Part shown: positions 55,241-63,966 of the stretch, one piece after another
Layout: every line of letters begins with the position of its first letter
Numbering within the stretch: the stretch's first letter is position 1
Source: a virus
Direction: 5' to 3' (one strand)
DNA length: 64,000 nt
IMG/VR virus record: IMGVR_UViG_3300041964_000099
Span: 1-64,000 of that record
Notes under the pieces: model-generated
What the model was told of the DNA's origin: nothing
The model's database searches: none
Seen by the model: the letters and a program-made list of their open reading frames with translations, nothing else
Position numbers and translations under genes: made by a program

Positions 55241-56181
55241 TGAACAAAGTATCGCGACGAAGATTTCTGCGTATTGGTGGCGCTTCAGTAATCGGGCTAA
55301 CAGCCTTCACTGAAGCTGAAACTTTGCAGCCGCAGGAAGAATCAATCAGCAGTTCTGTGCCGCTCGACGCGCACGAGCAATCGCTATTAGTCCCTCTAAA
55401 TCAACCTGTTGCTTCGCCTGCTGCGGCCAGGTCGCCCGCTGCCCCTGCGCCTGCGCCGCGATCGCCCACGACGCCACCCCCACCCCCACCAGGCAGTGAA
55501 TTTCGGCGACAAGGGAGGCGCGTTGTGCCTGTGGTCGATAACGATCGACCACAGGCGCGATCCTATACTCCGGCCAAAGGCATGACGCCAGAGATTGAAA
55601 GTCGGGTTTGGGCCGCCTTCCAGCGGGTAATTATGTTCGCCGAAGGAACCTGGTATCGGGGCAGCCCGCATAACGGTTACTTAATCATGTACACAGGCAA
55701 AAATATCAGAGATATCCTGCCGAACTTTCAATATGAAAAGCATCCCTATTTCCTAGTGCCAGCAAATCGCCGCAGCTCTGTAATACCCTGTGGCCTGATT
55801 AAAGGCAGGCGTGTGTGTAGCTGGGCCAGCGGTATTGGGCAGTTTATGCCCGATACGTGGACGGAGTTTTGGCACAAATATCCCAAAGTTTGGTTTCAGT
55901 CGATTCCAGAATTTGGAGCGCAAAATCAAGACCGCATGATCCAAATCCTCGCCGGAGAGTGCGGCGCGTATTGGGCGCTGATGCGCGGCGTGGCGATCGC
56001 TGCTGGCAAAGCAGAGGTGAACCGCGATAATTTGCGCACAGCCATTGTCAAGGCCAGTCCAACTTGGGCTGGTTTGCCAAATTGGTTAGACGAAAGTGCC
56101 CTTGATCAGAATGCTAAGCCGATGGCGGAGCTGGAGAGACTGTTTTATCGTGAACTCAATGATTTACAGCGAGCAGTTTGA
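55240..56181 (+). CDS. lambda-R-type lytic transglycosylase/muramidase with a twin-arginine signal
   Basis: MNKVSRRRFL; AFQRVIMFAEGT..GY, HP, ASGIGQF..TW, QD, WAGLP mirror lambda lysozyme blocks; TAATG coupling to FtsK. Confidence 0.75.
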   Translation: MNKVSRRRFLRIGGASVIGLTAFTEAETLQPQEESISSSVPLDAHEQSLLVPLNQPVASPAAARSPAAPAPAPRSPTTPPPPPPGSEFRRQGRRVVPVVDNDRPQARSYTPAKGMTPEIESRVWAAFQRVIMFAEGTWYRGSPHNGYLIMYTGKNIRDILPNFQYEKHPYFLVPANRRSSVIPCGLIKGRRVCSWASGIGQFMPDTWTEFWHKYPKVWFQSIPEFGAQNQDRMIQILAGECGAYWALMRGVAIAAGKAEVNRDNLRTAIVKASPTWAGLPNWLDESALDQNAKPMAELERLFYRELNDLQRAV

Positions 56182-56678
56182 TGTCTAGAGGCGTTGATGC
56201 GTTTTGGTATAACGCTAGAACAGTTGCACTAATCAGCGCCGCCTTTGCGACGATGGGCGCGACGATCGCGTTGACCTACCTGAGCTGGTGGCTTGCCCTT
56301 TCGACCGTCTTGTGGCTGTGGCTGGTTTGGGCGATCGGTGTTGGCTGCGGTTTGATGCTTGCAATTCGGCTGCATCATCTTCGCTCTAGAGCCTCACCAG
56401 CCTCGATCGCGCAACCTAAGCTGGTAACAGACGCTCAGCCAGTCCAAAGGGTCTCTGACTCGCTTCCGACCCCACCCAGGCACGTTTTACGCTCAGCGAT
56501 CGCAGAGCTGACTGAAAAAGCAATCAGCCTCGAAGGGTTCTGCGTCTATTGCCAAGCGTCGGCTCAAGACTTGCTCGATCGCCCCTACGATCCGAGCCTA
56601 CACGCTGAAGACTGCCCGATCCCAATCGCGCACAAGCTAGTGCAACTGGAGGCCCAAGCCACCCATAAACAAAACTAA
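56178..56678 (+). CDS. membrane protein with C-terminal CxxC...H..C motif
   Basis: Two hydrophobic helices; FCVYC...LHAEDCP. Confidence 0.65.
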   Translation: MMSRGVDAFWYNARTVALISAAFATMGATIALTYLSWWLALSTVLWLWLVWAIGVGCGLMLAIRLHHLRSRASPASIAQPKLVTDAQPVQRVSDSLPTPPRHVLRSAIAELTEKAISLEGFCVYCQASAQDLLDRPYDPSLHAEDCPIPIAHKLVQLEAQATHKQN

Positions 56679-56741
56679 GTGATTGATATTTGTTAGAAAG
56701 TATGTAAACCTTTGATCGATCCCGATTCCAGGATTCAGGCC

Positions 56742-56954
56742 ATGATTACTGCCTCCTCCCTCTTAGATCCTCCGCCCATCGAAGCTGACAACATCAGTGA
56801 TAACGAAAATAGCGAAACCAATGTTTCACTATCCGTCGATGTGCCACCAAATGTACGCACGCGAATTCGGATTCAAGCAGCTCTTAAAAATGAGCCAATA
56901 AGAAACGTTGTCATTCGATATTTAGAGCAAGGACTTTCAGCCGACGAAGGCTAG
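56742..56954 (+). CDS. ribbon-helix-helix (CopG/ParG-like) protein
   Basis: SLSVDVPPNVRTRIRIQAALKNEPIRNVVIRYLEQGL. Confidence 0.7.
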   Translation: MITASSLLDPPPIEADNISDNENSETNVSLSVDVPPNVRTRIRIQAALKNEPIRNVVIRYLEQGLSADEG

Positions 56955-57156
56955 ACAATAAAACCTCGCCGCCCGATCGCTGAAACCCAGACCAAGGGCG
57001 CTCTACCGATGTCACCCAGGTAGAAGCGCACACAGCAAAAAAACCGCTTTGTGGGCTTCTGCCCTTAAGCTCGAAAAACTCAAAAGTAAAAGACGGCCCT
57101 TCCCCTGATGTCACCCAGTCGCAAGGCCGCCTATCGGTTCCTTTCACTTTGAAACC

Positions 57157-57417
57157 ATGACTAACACCTTAGCCGATCCAAACGGAATCGAGCAAGGAAC
57201 GCAGCTACGCAAAATGGCTGAATTCCTTGCTGTACATAGAAAAAAAAATTTTTTCTATCGCAAAAACCTTCAAAGACCCTTGACACCGTATGTAGGTAGT
57301 CAGGGCTTGAAGGTTTCTTTTTTTAAGAATTCCTTTCGAGTGCTGCTGATACATTACGGCGTCAAGTGTTCTTCAGGAACATTATTGCAGCAAACGGCGT
57401 GCATTCGCGGGCCATAG
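57157..57417 (+). CDS. hypothetical protein
   Basis: 86-aa ORF; weak support. Confidence 0.3.
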   Translation: MTNTLADPNGIEQGTQLRKMAEFLAVHRKKNFFYRKNLQRPLTPYVGSQGLKVSFFKNSFRVLLIHYGVKCSSGTLLQQTACIRGP

Positions 57418-57514
57418 GACAGTAAAAGGCCACCGTTGTCATCACACAACGGTGGCCTTCGCTTTTCTTGTCTCAAGTCATTCAGTATCCAGTCATCACA
57501 GAAGGAGAACCAGC

Positions 57515-57910
57515 ATGGCTCATGCTGACGCTGCCACGTCTCATTGTCCAAATATAGCAACAGTTTGTAAACTCCCCCGCAAATCCAAAGGGCTTAGGGT
57601 GCAACAAGCGGCTGAACCGCCCAAAAAGCGCACCCTAAACGCTGCCGTACTGCTGAGAGATGCCGCCACACTGCCTGACGCCGAAATTGAATCTCTGATC
57701 GAAGCGCTGCACGGGCTGCTCGATGCTCGAAAGCTCGAAGCTGAACCAGAGCCTGAGTCCGGTGGCGATCGCCAAAGCACAGCCAGCAAGGGGCAAGGCG
57801 GTCACTTTGTTCGGAAAATGATCAACAACTGCGGCCCCTATCAATATCTGCGCTTCCGCAGTGGGGGAAAATACCGCTCTGTCTACCTTGGCAAAGCTAA
57901 GGAGGCGTGA
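57515..57910 (+). CDS. hypothetical protein with a basic C-terminal nucleic-acid-binding-like motif
   Basis: AGGAG RBS; KMINNCGPYQYLRF..GKYRSVYLGK. Confidence 0.7.
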   Translation: MAHADAATSHCPNIATVCKLPRKSKGLRVQQAAEPPKKRTLNAAVLLRDAATLPDAEIESLIEALHGLLDARKLEAEPEPESGGDRQSTASKGQGGHFVRKMINNCGPYQYLRFRSGGKYRSVYLGKAKEA

Positions 57911-58308
57911 TGGAGAAGCCAGAACGTGATGAAGTGCAAACGGCACTAGCAATTGTTAAGCTGCATCCCGGCATCACGCGAGAGTCGCTGGCCGTCCAGC
58001 TCGGCTATACCCCAACGATCGAGCGGGCTGGGCGCGATGGCCGAATTCCTCGCGCAAAGATCACCCGAATTGTTGAAATCCTGAAGCAAAAACATAAGGT
58101 TCAAATCGTTGAACCAAAATTCAAGGATTCTCACGCTCAGCTTCGGCTGTACGCCCACGGCGCAAAAATTCCGCAGCCCAAACCGATATTTCAAAGCAGG
58201 GTTGAACCTGCCTGCAATGTCTATGTTGACCCTGCAATTAAAGGGAGCTGGAAGCCGCCGAACTCCTCACGCCAACGCCAACAAATCAATCACAGGAGAC
58301 AAGCATAA
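57907..58308 (+). CDS. HTH-like hypothetical protein
   Basis: HPGITRESLAVQLGY; GTGA coupling. Confidence 0.6.
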   Translation: MMEKPERDEVQTALAIVKLHPGITRESLAVQLGYTPTIERAGRDGRIPRAKITRIVEILKQKHKVQIVEPKFKDSHAQLRLYAHGAKIPQPKPIFQSRVEPACNVYVDPAIKGSWKPPNSSRQRQQINHRRQA

Positions 58309-58769
58309 TGCGCGGAATTTTATGGGCTGTACTGGTTCAACCAGAGCAACTGGAAATCGATCGACGCTATCCTTGCGGCGATCCCCACCACATCACCCTG
58401 AAATATGATGTTGAGCTTGGCAGAATTGAGGCGCTGAATTGTCTGGGCACAGAGTTTGACGCGATCGTTTGGGCTGAAGCTGCTAACAATCGCATTCAAG
58501 CTTTGCAGGTAAAAGTGCCTGGTTTTATTCCTTCAGAGAATCCGTTCCCGCACATTACGGTGAGCTACATCGAAGGAGTTGAGCCATGCGAATCCAACCA
58601 AATGTTGGCGGACTATGCAAGTAATCCGGCGCTCAAAGCGATGGCTGAGGCTCGCGGCCAAATCCGCTTTTTTGACAAGTCGCGAATTGTGAAATGCCGA
58701 ATTGAGTTTCAGGAATTTCCTCCAACTGAAACTAATGCGATCGAATTTCAAACAGATATTTGCTCTTAA
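58308..58769 (+). CDS. 2H phosphoesterase family protein
   Basis: Two HxT motifs: PHHITLKY and PHITVSY. Confidence 0.75.
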   Translation: MRGILWAVLVQPEQLEIDRRYPCGDPHHITLKYDVELGRIEALNCLGTEFDAIVWAEAANNRIQALQVKVPGFIPSENPFPHITVSYIEGVEPCESNQMLADYASNPALKAMAEARGQIRFFDKSRIVKCRIEFQEFPPTETNAIEFQTDICS

Positions 58770-58886
58770 AGAAAAACCCCAGTAGTCCTGGCCGGGATTA
58801 CTGGGGCCACAGAACTATCAAATCAAGATCATGACACAAACCAGCTTGAAACTGCTTCCGCACAGCCTGACGGCGAGGAGCAGGAA

Positions 58887-60038
58887 ATGACACAAACCAC
58901 ACCTCAACCCAAAGACAAACCGCACTATCGGTTTTACCTTGAACAGATAAAAGAAGACTACGAACAAGGCAATTTAACCGCGAAAGGAGCGCTACTCATG
59001 GCTCTGCGGATCATGCGGAGACCGGGGCATCAGCTCAGAATCACGAACATGGATGACTTTGCCAAGATCATTGGCTGCAATGCCCGCACCTGCTACAGCT
59101 CAATTAACAGGCTGAAAGAAGAGAAGCTAATTGAGTGGAAAGATGTCGCGGGCATTGATATCTGGATTCCCGTCAGGAAAGAATCAGCCGTTGCTAAACG
59201 CAAAATTGGCATTGATCAAACGATCAGTGGCACTGATCAAACGATCAATCCTACTGATCAAACGATCAGTGGCACTGATCAAACGATCAATGACACCCCC
59301 TTAGAATCCTTGTCAGAGGCCGATTCTAGCGATCCCCCCAATTCTTTCTCAGATAATTCTTCAATTTTTTCTCAAAGAGAGAGAGAAAGCGCGGAAGATT
59401 TTGAAAAATTAGAACAGCCGTCTGCTTCGTTGCCGGAACAAAACGAACCCCCCACAATCCCAGACAACACGGGTGGAGACCAAAGTTCCGCCGCGCCTGC
59501 TGCGGCCCCGTTCGACTGGAAAACTTATCACTGGGCTGGATACGAAAAGGCTGGAGATGGTGGCAGCGATCCTAAGTTTTGGGATTGGGCCAGAGACTTT
59601 GTTGTTGGACTGGCTGAAAAACGCGCAAATTCAGATAGCCCGATCGGTGAAATTGATGCCTATACCCGCAAGTGCATCCAGACCCGTGCAGCAGCAGGGT
59701 ATGAAAAATATCTGATTTCGATCGGGGTTTTAGCACCTCCTCAAGCCCCACCCCAAGCTGCAAGTCAAACTGAATCGGTGAGAGGTCGCGGCATTCATTG
59801 GTCTGAATCAGGCAGTTGGGAAAATCCTCCCAGTGATTTGAGCGAGGAATTTGCCCTCTTTAAGATTCATTGGTCGCGTTTAGAGCTGGGCTGGAAGAAT
59901 CCGGCCTTCCTGGAATGGATTGAAAAAGCTCAGGCCCTGCAAGCTTTCCGTTGGGATAACTACAGCAGTCTGCACACCTTGCCGGACTGGGCTGTAGCGA
60001 AGCTAGCTCACGATCTTTCAAACACAAAATTCCTATGA
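58887..60038 (+). CDS. putative replication initiator (N-terminal winged HTH, intragenic iterons; lambda O-like organisation)
   Basis: DDFAKIIGCNARTCYSSINRLKEEKLI wHTH, then DQTIxxT x4 repeats and a low-complexity linker. Confidence 0.65.
   Translation: MTQTTPQPKDKPHYRFYLEQIKEDYEQGNLTAKGALLMALRIMRRPGHQLRITNMDDFAKIIGCNARTCYSSINRLKEEKLIEWKDVAGIDIWIPVRKESAVAKRKIGIDQTISGTDQTINPTDQTISGTDQTINDTPLESLSEADSSDPPNSFSDNSSIFSQRERESAEDFEKLEQPSASLPEQNEPPTIPDNTGGDQSSAAPAAAPFDWKTYHWAGYEKAGDGGSDPKFWDWARDFVVGLAEKRANSDSPIGEIDAYTRKCIQTRAAAGYEKYLISIGVLAPPQAPPQAASQTESVRGRGIHWSESGSWENPPSDLSEEFALFKIHWSRLELGWKNPAFLEWIEKAQALQAFRWDNYSSLHTLPDWAVAKLAHDLSNTKFL
59213..59289 (+). repeat. four iteron-like repeats TGATCAAACGATCA, period 21 bp
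   Basis: Cores start at 59213, 59234, 59255 and 59276. Confidence 0.9.
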
Positions 60039-60490
60039 GCATTCCAAAAATTCGCTTAAAGGCTGATTGCCCCTTGGCAAAGCTGAACGAAATTTTCCCC
60101 AAAGGTGTGCCGGTCGGCTCTACTGAGCCATTGCTTCTTGTGCAGAATCAGCCTTGCTTAGCGCTGTTCCTACGAACTCCGACCGCACGCTTACATGATG
60201 AGCTGATTGATCAAGTTCTAGCCGCACTTCAAGATGATGCCGTTCCTGTGAGCATCACGCTCACAGTAGCAGAGGCGGCGATCGTGCCAATTTTGCCTGA
60301 ATGGGTTGAGTCTCCTGAAGAAGAAGCCCACGGGTTAATTCAGCAGTTTGAAGCGTGGAACTCATTGACTGCCGAGCAGCGTACCAAAACAGTGCTGGCA
60401 GCCAATCGCCTCGTTGCGCTTGACTCAGGCCCAATCAGCTTTCCACTCTGGCTGAAATTGCTCAATTGGAGAGATTCTAAATGCCAATAA
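60035..60490 (+). CDS. hypothetical protein
   Basis: 151 aa; ATGA coupling to rep. Confidence 0.65.
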   Translation: MSIPKIRLKADCPLAKLNEIFPKGVPVGSTEPLLLVQNQPCLALFLRTPTARLHDELIDQVLAALQDDAVPVSITLTVAEAAIVPILPEWVESPEEEAHGLIQQFEAWNSLTAEQRTKTVLAANRLVALDSGPISFPLWLKLLNWRDSKCQ

Positions 60491-60786
60491 GAAGTTTGAT
60501 GCAAGTAGGCGCGGTCGCCCACCACATTCCAACACGGCTGCTGTTAATCGTTGCTGCAATTGAAACCTATGCCAAGAAGTGCTGGCTGTGGGATGCTCCC
60601 CGACCAGGAGGCAATCGCTATCCAGTCGAGGAGTGTGAATTGGCACGGCTGGAACATCTGACTGCGGCAGTTTTAGTCATGGGCCAAACCTTGATTTCAG
60701 TAGTGCGGCAAGGCGATCTGATTATTCTCAGCAACGACCATCGCCGCATTGGAGTGCGGCTCAACCATTCAGGCAGGAGGAACTAA
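60481..60786 (+). CDS. hypothetical protein
   Basis: 101 aa; coupled. Confidence 0.55.
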   Translation: MPIRSLMQVGAVAHHIPTRLLLIVAAIETYAKKCWLWDAPRPGGNRYPVEECELARLEHLTAAVLVMGQTLISVVRQGDLIILSNDHRRIGVRLNHSGRRN

Positions 60787-60962
60787 TGCGCTACTCAGAG
60801 CTTGAGCAACTGCTGAAACAAAACCTTGATCCTAAGTTGCGGATTGATCTGCAACTAACGATGAGGAAGCTATCAGAGCAGGACATGGCGGCGCTGAATG
60901 ACGCGATCGCCCTGCTGCGCGAATCAGCTTCAATGGAGCCGATACCGAAACAACCCCTATGA
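60786..60962 (+). CDS. small hypothetical protein (58 aa, not in the ORF track)
   Basis: AGGAGG RBS; TAATG coupling; MRYSELEQLLKQNLDPKLRIDL... Confidence 0.55.
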   Translation: MRYSELEQLLKQNLDPKLRIDLQLTMRKLSEQDMAALNDAIALLRESASMEPIPKQPL

Positions 60963-62213
60963 CTTTGGCTGATTGCGAGGCTATAAAGGAACAGATCAGG
61001 CTATTGTCACCCCAGCCTGACGAAAATCTCCATGCGCCATCGTCAAGACCTTGCCTGCACAGCGATCGGGCAGAAAATGCTGCGTCAACTGATGGCAGCA
61101 CCGCTCGGCCTAAGCACGAAGGCCATCGCCGATCACGCCGTCGAGACGGAAACCCTGACGCGCCGCCGTCTCTACCAGCTTGTCGGGACAGGCTGGGTAA
61201 AAGTGAAGGGCGACAATCCGCTGACCTGGCAGCCGTCTCAGAAGCTGATTGCCCAGCCACCGAGCTGTCCGAACCTGGCGACGGCCTAACCGCCCCAGCC
61301 GTACCGCCTTATCCGATCGGCAAAAAGCTGCAACGACATTCCAGCGGCCATGTGTATGAGATTCGTCACGCCTCCGCTACCCATGCAACCTTAAATTGTG
61401 AGCTGGGTGGCAGGGTTATCTCATCGCTGCTGACCTGGGCAGAAGTTGAAGCTGAATTCGATGTTTTGGCCGACCTGTTTCGATCGGCTGGTTTTGAATG
61501 CCTGCGAATCAAGAAAACGCTGCATGTCCTGATTGGCACTGCTCAGCAGATTGATGAACTGTTCAAGCACTGCTGCTCAACAAAAACGATTCAGGCAGGC
61601 CGGATCAAAGGCGTGCAGACCTTAGTAGGAAAGCGCTGGACATATTTAGGCGGCTGTTTTGCTGGCGAGAAAGGCCGAAAGTATGCCGATATTTATGAGC
61701 TGCTGCCAGAAGGCACGAAGCTGCGGCCTGTGCGCTACTCCTATCAAGGCCGAATGGTCAGCTACCGCAAGCAAAATTATGTGCTGGGGCAGAAAGTGGT
61801 GGCCTGCGCGAAATGGTGGTTCCGCGAGCTGGAGCGCGATCACATCACTTCGAGAGTTCCTGCCCCAAACAATCCTACAAGCGATCGCCTTCAGAAAATC
61901 GCACAACTTGAAGCTGAATGCGATCGCATTCAGGCTGAAGGCGAAATTGCACCTGCAAACTGCTGGCTAGAGCGCCCCCCCGTGCCACAGCAACAAAGAC
62001 AATCGGCAAGTCTTTTACCGCTCGAAGCAAGCGATTTTTAAGGCTGTCCGGCCTAAACCTGGCAGTCCCAAGATGGTCAAACGTCGCTACGTTGGCATGG
62101 CTGGCAGCGACGAAGACATCGCGGCCCAGGCCGCGATTAAGCGCCGCAATCAACTGCGGCAGCTCCGGCTTCAAATTCAACAGCTAGAAAAGGAGACCTC
62201 GATCGATGGGTGA
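60959..62213 (+). pseudogene. hypothetical gene interrupted by a frameshift at a C7 tract (61975-61981)
   Basis: Removing one C extends the ORF to RQVFYRSKQAIF...RRYVGMAGS..AAQAAIKRRNQLRQLRLQIQQLE, ending at TGA 62211-62213, which overlaps the next gene's start. Confidence 0.6.
61032..61289 (+). CDS. small winged-helix-like protein nested in another frame
   Basis: KMLRQLMAAPLGLSTKAIADHA....TRRRLYQLVGTGWVKV. Confidence 0.5.
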   Translation: MRHRQDLACTAIGQKMLRQLMAAPLGLSTKAIADHAVETETLTRRRLYQLVGTGWVKVKGDNPLTWQPSQKLIAQPPSCPNLATA

Positions 62214-62655
62214 TTCAAAACGACGCAAATTGACAGATCCCAACTATGGAAGGCCACAGTGGTTGTGGAAGTCGCCGCCGACAGAAGACGATTTGCGCCG
62301 ATGGGCGCGAATTGTTCCTGAAGCTTTATCAATTGAGATTGCCTACAAAATTCGCACGAAAGAACTTGTGCCGCCTGAAAATGCCAGGATGCCCGCTGAC
62401 TGGCCGTACTATATGCGCTGTTTGGAGGTTTATCCCCCTGCAAATGACTGGATTGAGCAAGAAATCTACAAGCTAATTCAGCAAAAGTTAGTGCCCGAAT
62501 TTCGATCGAGAGATCAGGCGTATGTGCGATTACTGCTGATTTTAGGAGCGGCCCAAGCATTTGCTGAGATCTGTGAAGTCGATGACCGCAAATTTTTAGG
62601 AAGCTTAAACAATGCCCCTAATTTCATATCAGCCCTGGAAAGCCGAAAAAGTTGA
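62206..62655 (+). CDS. hypothetical protein
   Basis: AAGGAG RBS; MGDSKRRK start. Confidence 0.65.
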   Translation: MGDSKRRKLTDPNYGRPQWLWKSPPTEDDLRRWARIVPEALSIEIAYKIRTKELVPPENARMPADWPYYMRCLEVYPPANDWIEQEIYKLIQQKLVPEFRSRDQAYVRLLLILGAAQAFAEICEVDDRKFLGSLNNAPNFISALESRKS

Positions 62656-62992
62656 ATTGGCCGAATGTTTTCAGACAATTCGCCAAATTCGCAAGTACCC
62701 AATCAAAGTGGGCGATCGCCTGCATCACTGGCAGCAGCAGCGTAGCCCAAAGCGCCGCAAGCTAGGCGAGTCAATCTGCACAGAGATAAAGCCAATTTCC
62801 ATTTCAACGGAAGGAACAATCTGCCTAGACAGCAAACCACTAGACATTTACGCCGCTCGCATCTTCGCGATCGCCGATGGTTTTGAAAATTTAGATACTT
62901 TTTTCAACTTTTTTCAACAAGGTTATAGCTTTCCTTTTAGCGGAGTTGTAATTTGTTGGAAAGAGTTTGAAAAGTGGCAGGAACAAAGCTAA
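62612..62992 (+). CDS. ASCH-like domain protein
   Basis: QTIR....IKVGDRLH.W...R.P..RKLG..IC..I..I....FAIADGF...F..FF. Confidence 0.6.
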   Translation: MPLISYQPWKAEKVELAECFQTIRQIRKYPIKVGDRLHHWQQQRSPKRRKLGESICTEIKPISISTEGTICLDSKPLDIYAARIFAIADGFENLDTFFNFFQQGYSFPFSGVVICWKEFEKWQEQS

Positions 62993-63023
62993 TTTTTGCC
63001 CCTAGAAAAAGACATAATATTCT

Positions 63024-63209
63024 ATGAGACTTACTGAAGACGCCAGACGAATGCTATCCACGATCGCGAATAGCGCTGAAACAAATCCGATCGAAATGAT
63101 CCATGCGTTAATTCATGAGGCGTACTATCGCCCTCACGGAGATTGGAACGAAATTTTAGCCAATTTCCGATCGCGATCGCAGTCAACCCCAACTGGAGAA
63201 TCAGAGTGA
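63024..63209 (+). CDS. small RHH-like hypothetical protein
   Basis: MRLTEDARRMLSTIA...EMIHALIHEAY. Confidence 0.5.
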   Translation: MRLTEDARRMLSTIANSAETNPIEMIHALIHEAYYRPHGDWNEILANFRSRSQSTPTGESE

Positions 63210-63514
63210 CAAATTTACCGATTGAACCTGAACAGAAAAATGAAATTCCGCTTGGAATTGCGGCTGAACGCCTCTTCTACGAGGCGCTAAACCAAGAGCG
63301 CACGGTTATCCTGCCGATGCTCCCTCCCGATAATGATAAGGGTCTTAAACCGGGAGAAACGGCTCCAGCGACCGGAGGTTTGCCCGCCAACTGTAGTGGT
63401 TTAGTGATTGCCGCTCACTGTTCAAGCGCTGATGCAAAAGAATTGATATCGATGGTTCTCTACTGGCAACAGAAACGCATCCACAGAGCAGAAGCTCAAG
63501 CACAAGCAAATTAA
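63143..63514 (+). CDS. hypothetical protein
   Basis: 123-aa ORF; start uncertain. Confidence 0.5.
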   Translation: MERNFSQFPIAIAVNPNWRIRVTNLPIEPEQKNEIPLGIAAERLFYEALNQERTVILPMLPPDNDKGLKPGETAPATGGLPANCSGLVIAAHCSSADAKELISMVLYWQQKRIHRAEAQAQAN

Positions 63515-63528
63515 GCGGGGCAATCGTT

Positions 63529-63966
63529 ATGCCAATGATTCGCAACCTTTATCCGAAAAATTGGGATACGATCGCCCGACGCATTAAGCGAGAAGCCAAT
63601 TGGCATTGCGAAAGTTGCCAGCGGCCCTGCTTAATGCCGGGAGAAGACCCCTGTGATTTCTGGATTGGGCTGAACTGGTCAATTGGCGCGATCGCCCAGG
63701 CTGTTTCTGACGAGCGAAATCAAATGCAGTTTGGCAAGCTGAAGCGGTTTGAATTGGGCGTGGCCCACCTCAACCACAACCCACCCGATTGCTCGCGAGA
63801 AAACTTGATTGCGCTCTGTACTGTTTGTCATACGCGCATGGACTTGCAGGCAATAGGCACAAAACGACGGCTCAAGCTAGAACGCAACGGGCAACTTAAC
63901 CTATTGACTCCGATGGTTGATAACGACCCTGCCAAAGTTCAACTGCCGATCGAGGGGGTTATTTAA
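63529..63966 (+). CDS. HNH-like zinc-binding protein
   Basis: YPKNW..I...CESC...VAHLNHNPPDC..ENL.ALC..CH..MD. Confidence 0.75.
   Translation: MPMIRNLYPKNWDTIARRIKREANWHCESCQRPCLMPGEDPCDFWIGLNWSIGAIAQAVSDERNQMQFGKLKRFELGVAHLNHNPPDCSRENLIALCTVCHTRMDLQAIGTKRRLKLERNGQLNLLTPMVDNDPAKVQLPIEGVI

Noticed and set aside
49958-56678. Canonical type IV secretion (MPF) operon or prophage lysis/packaging module
   Set aside because: No VirB4, VirD4 or relaxase motifs and no capsid, portal, terminase or tail genes recognised in the window
57280-57310. sigma70 promoter at TTGACA 57280
   Set aside because: No plausible -10 hexamer 16-18 nt downstream
59213-59289. Mini CRISPR array (also 9303-9383)
   Set aside because: 14-bp cores with 7-nt linkers are far too short; they fit iterons
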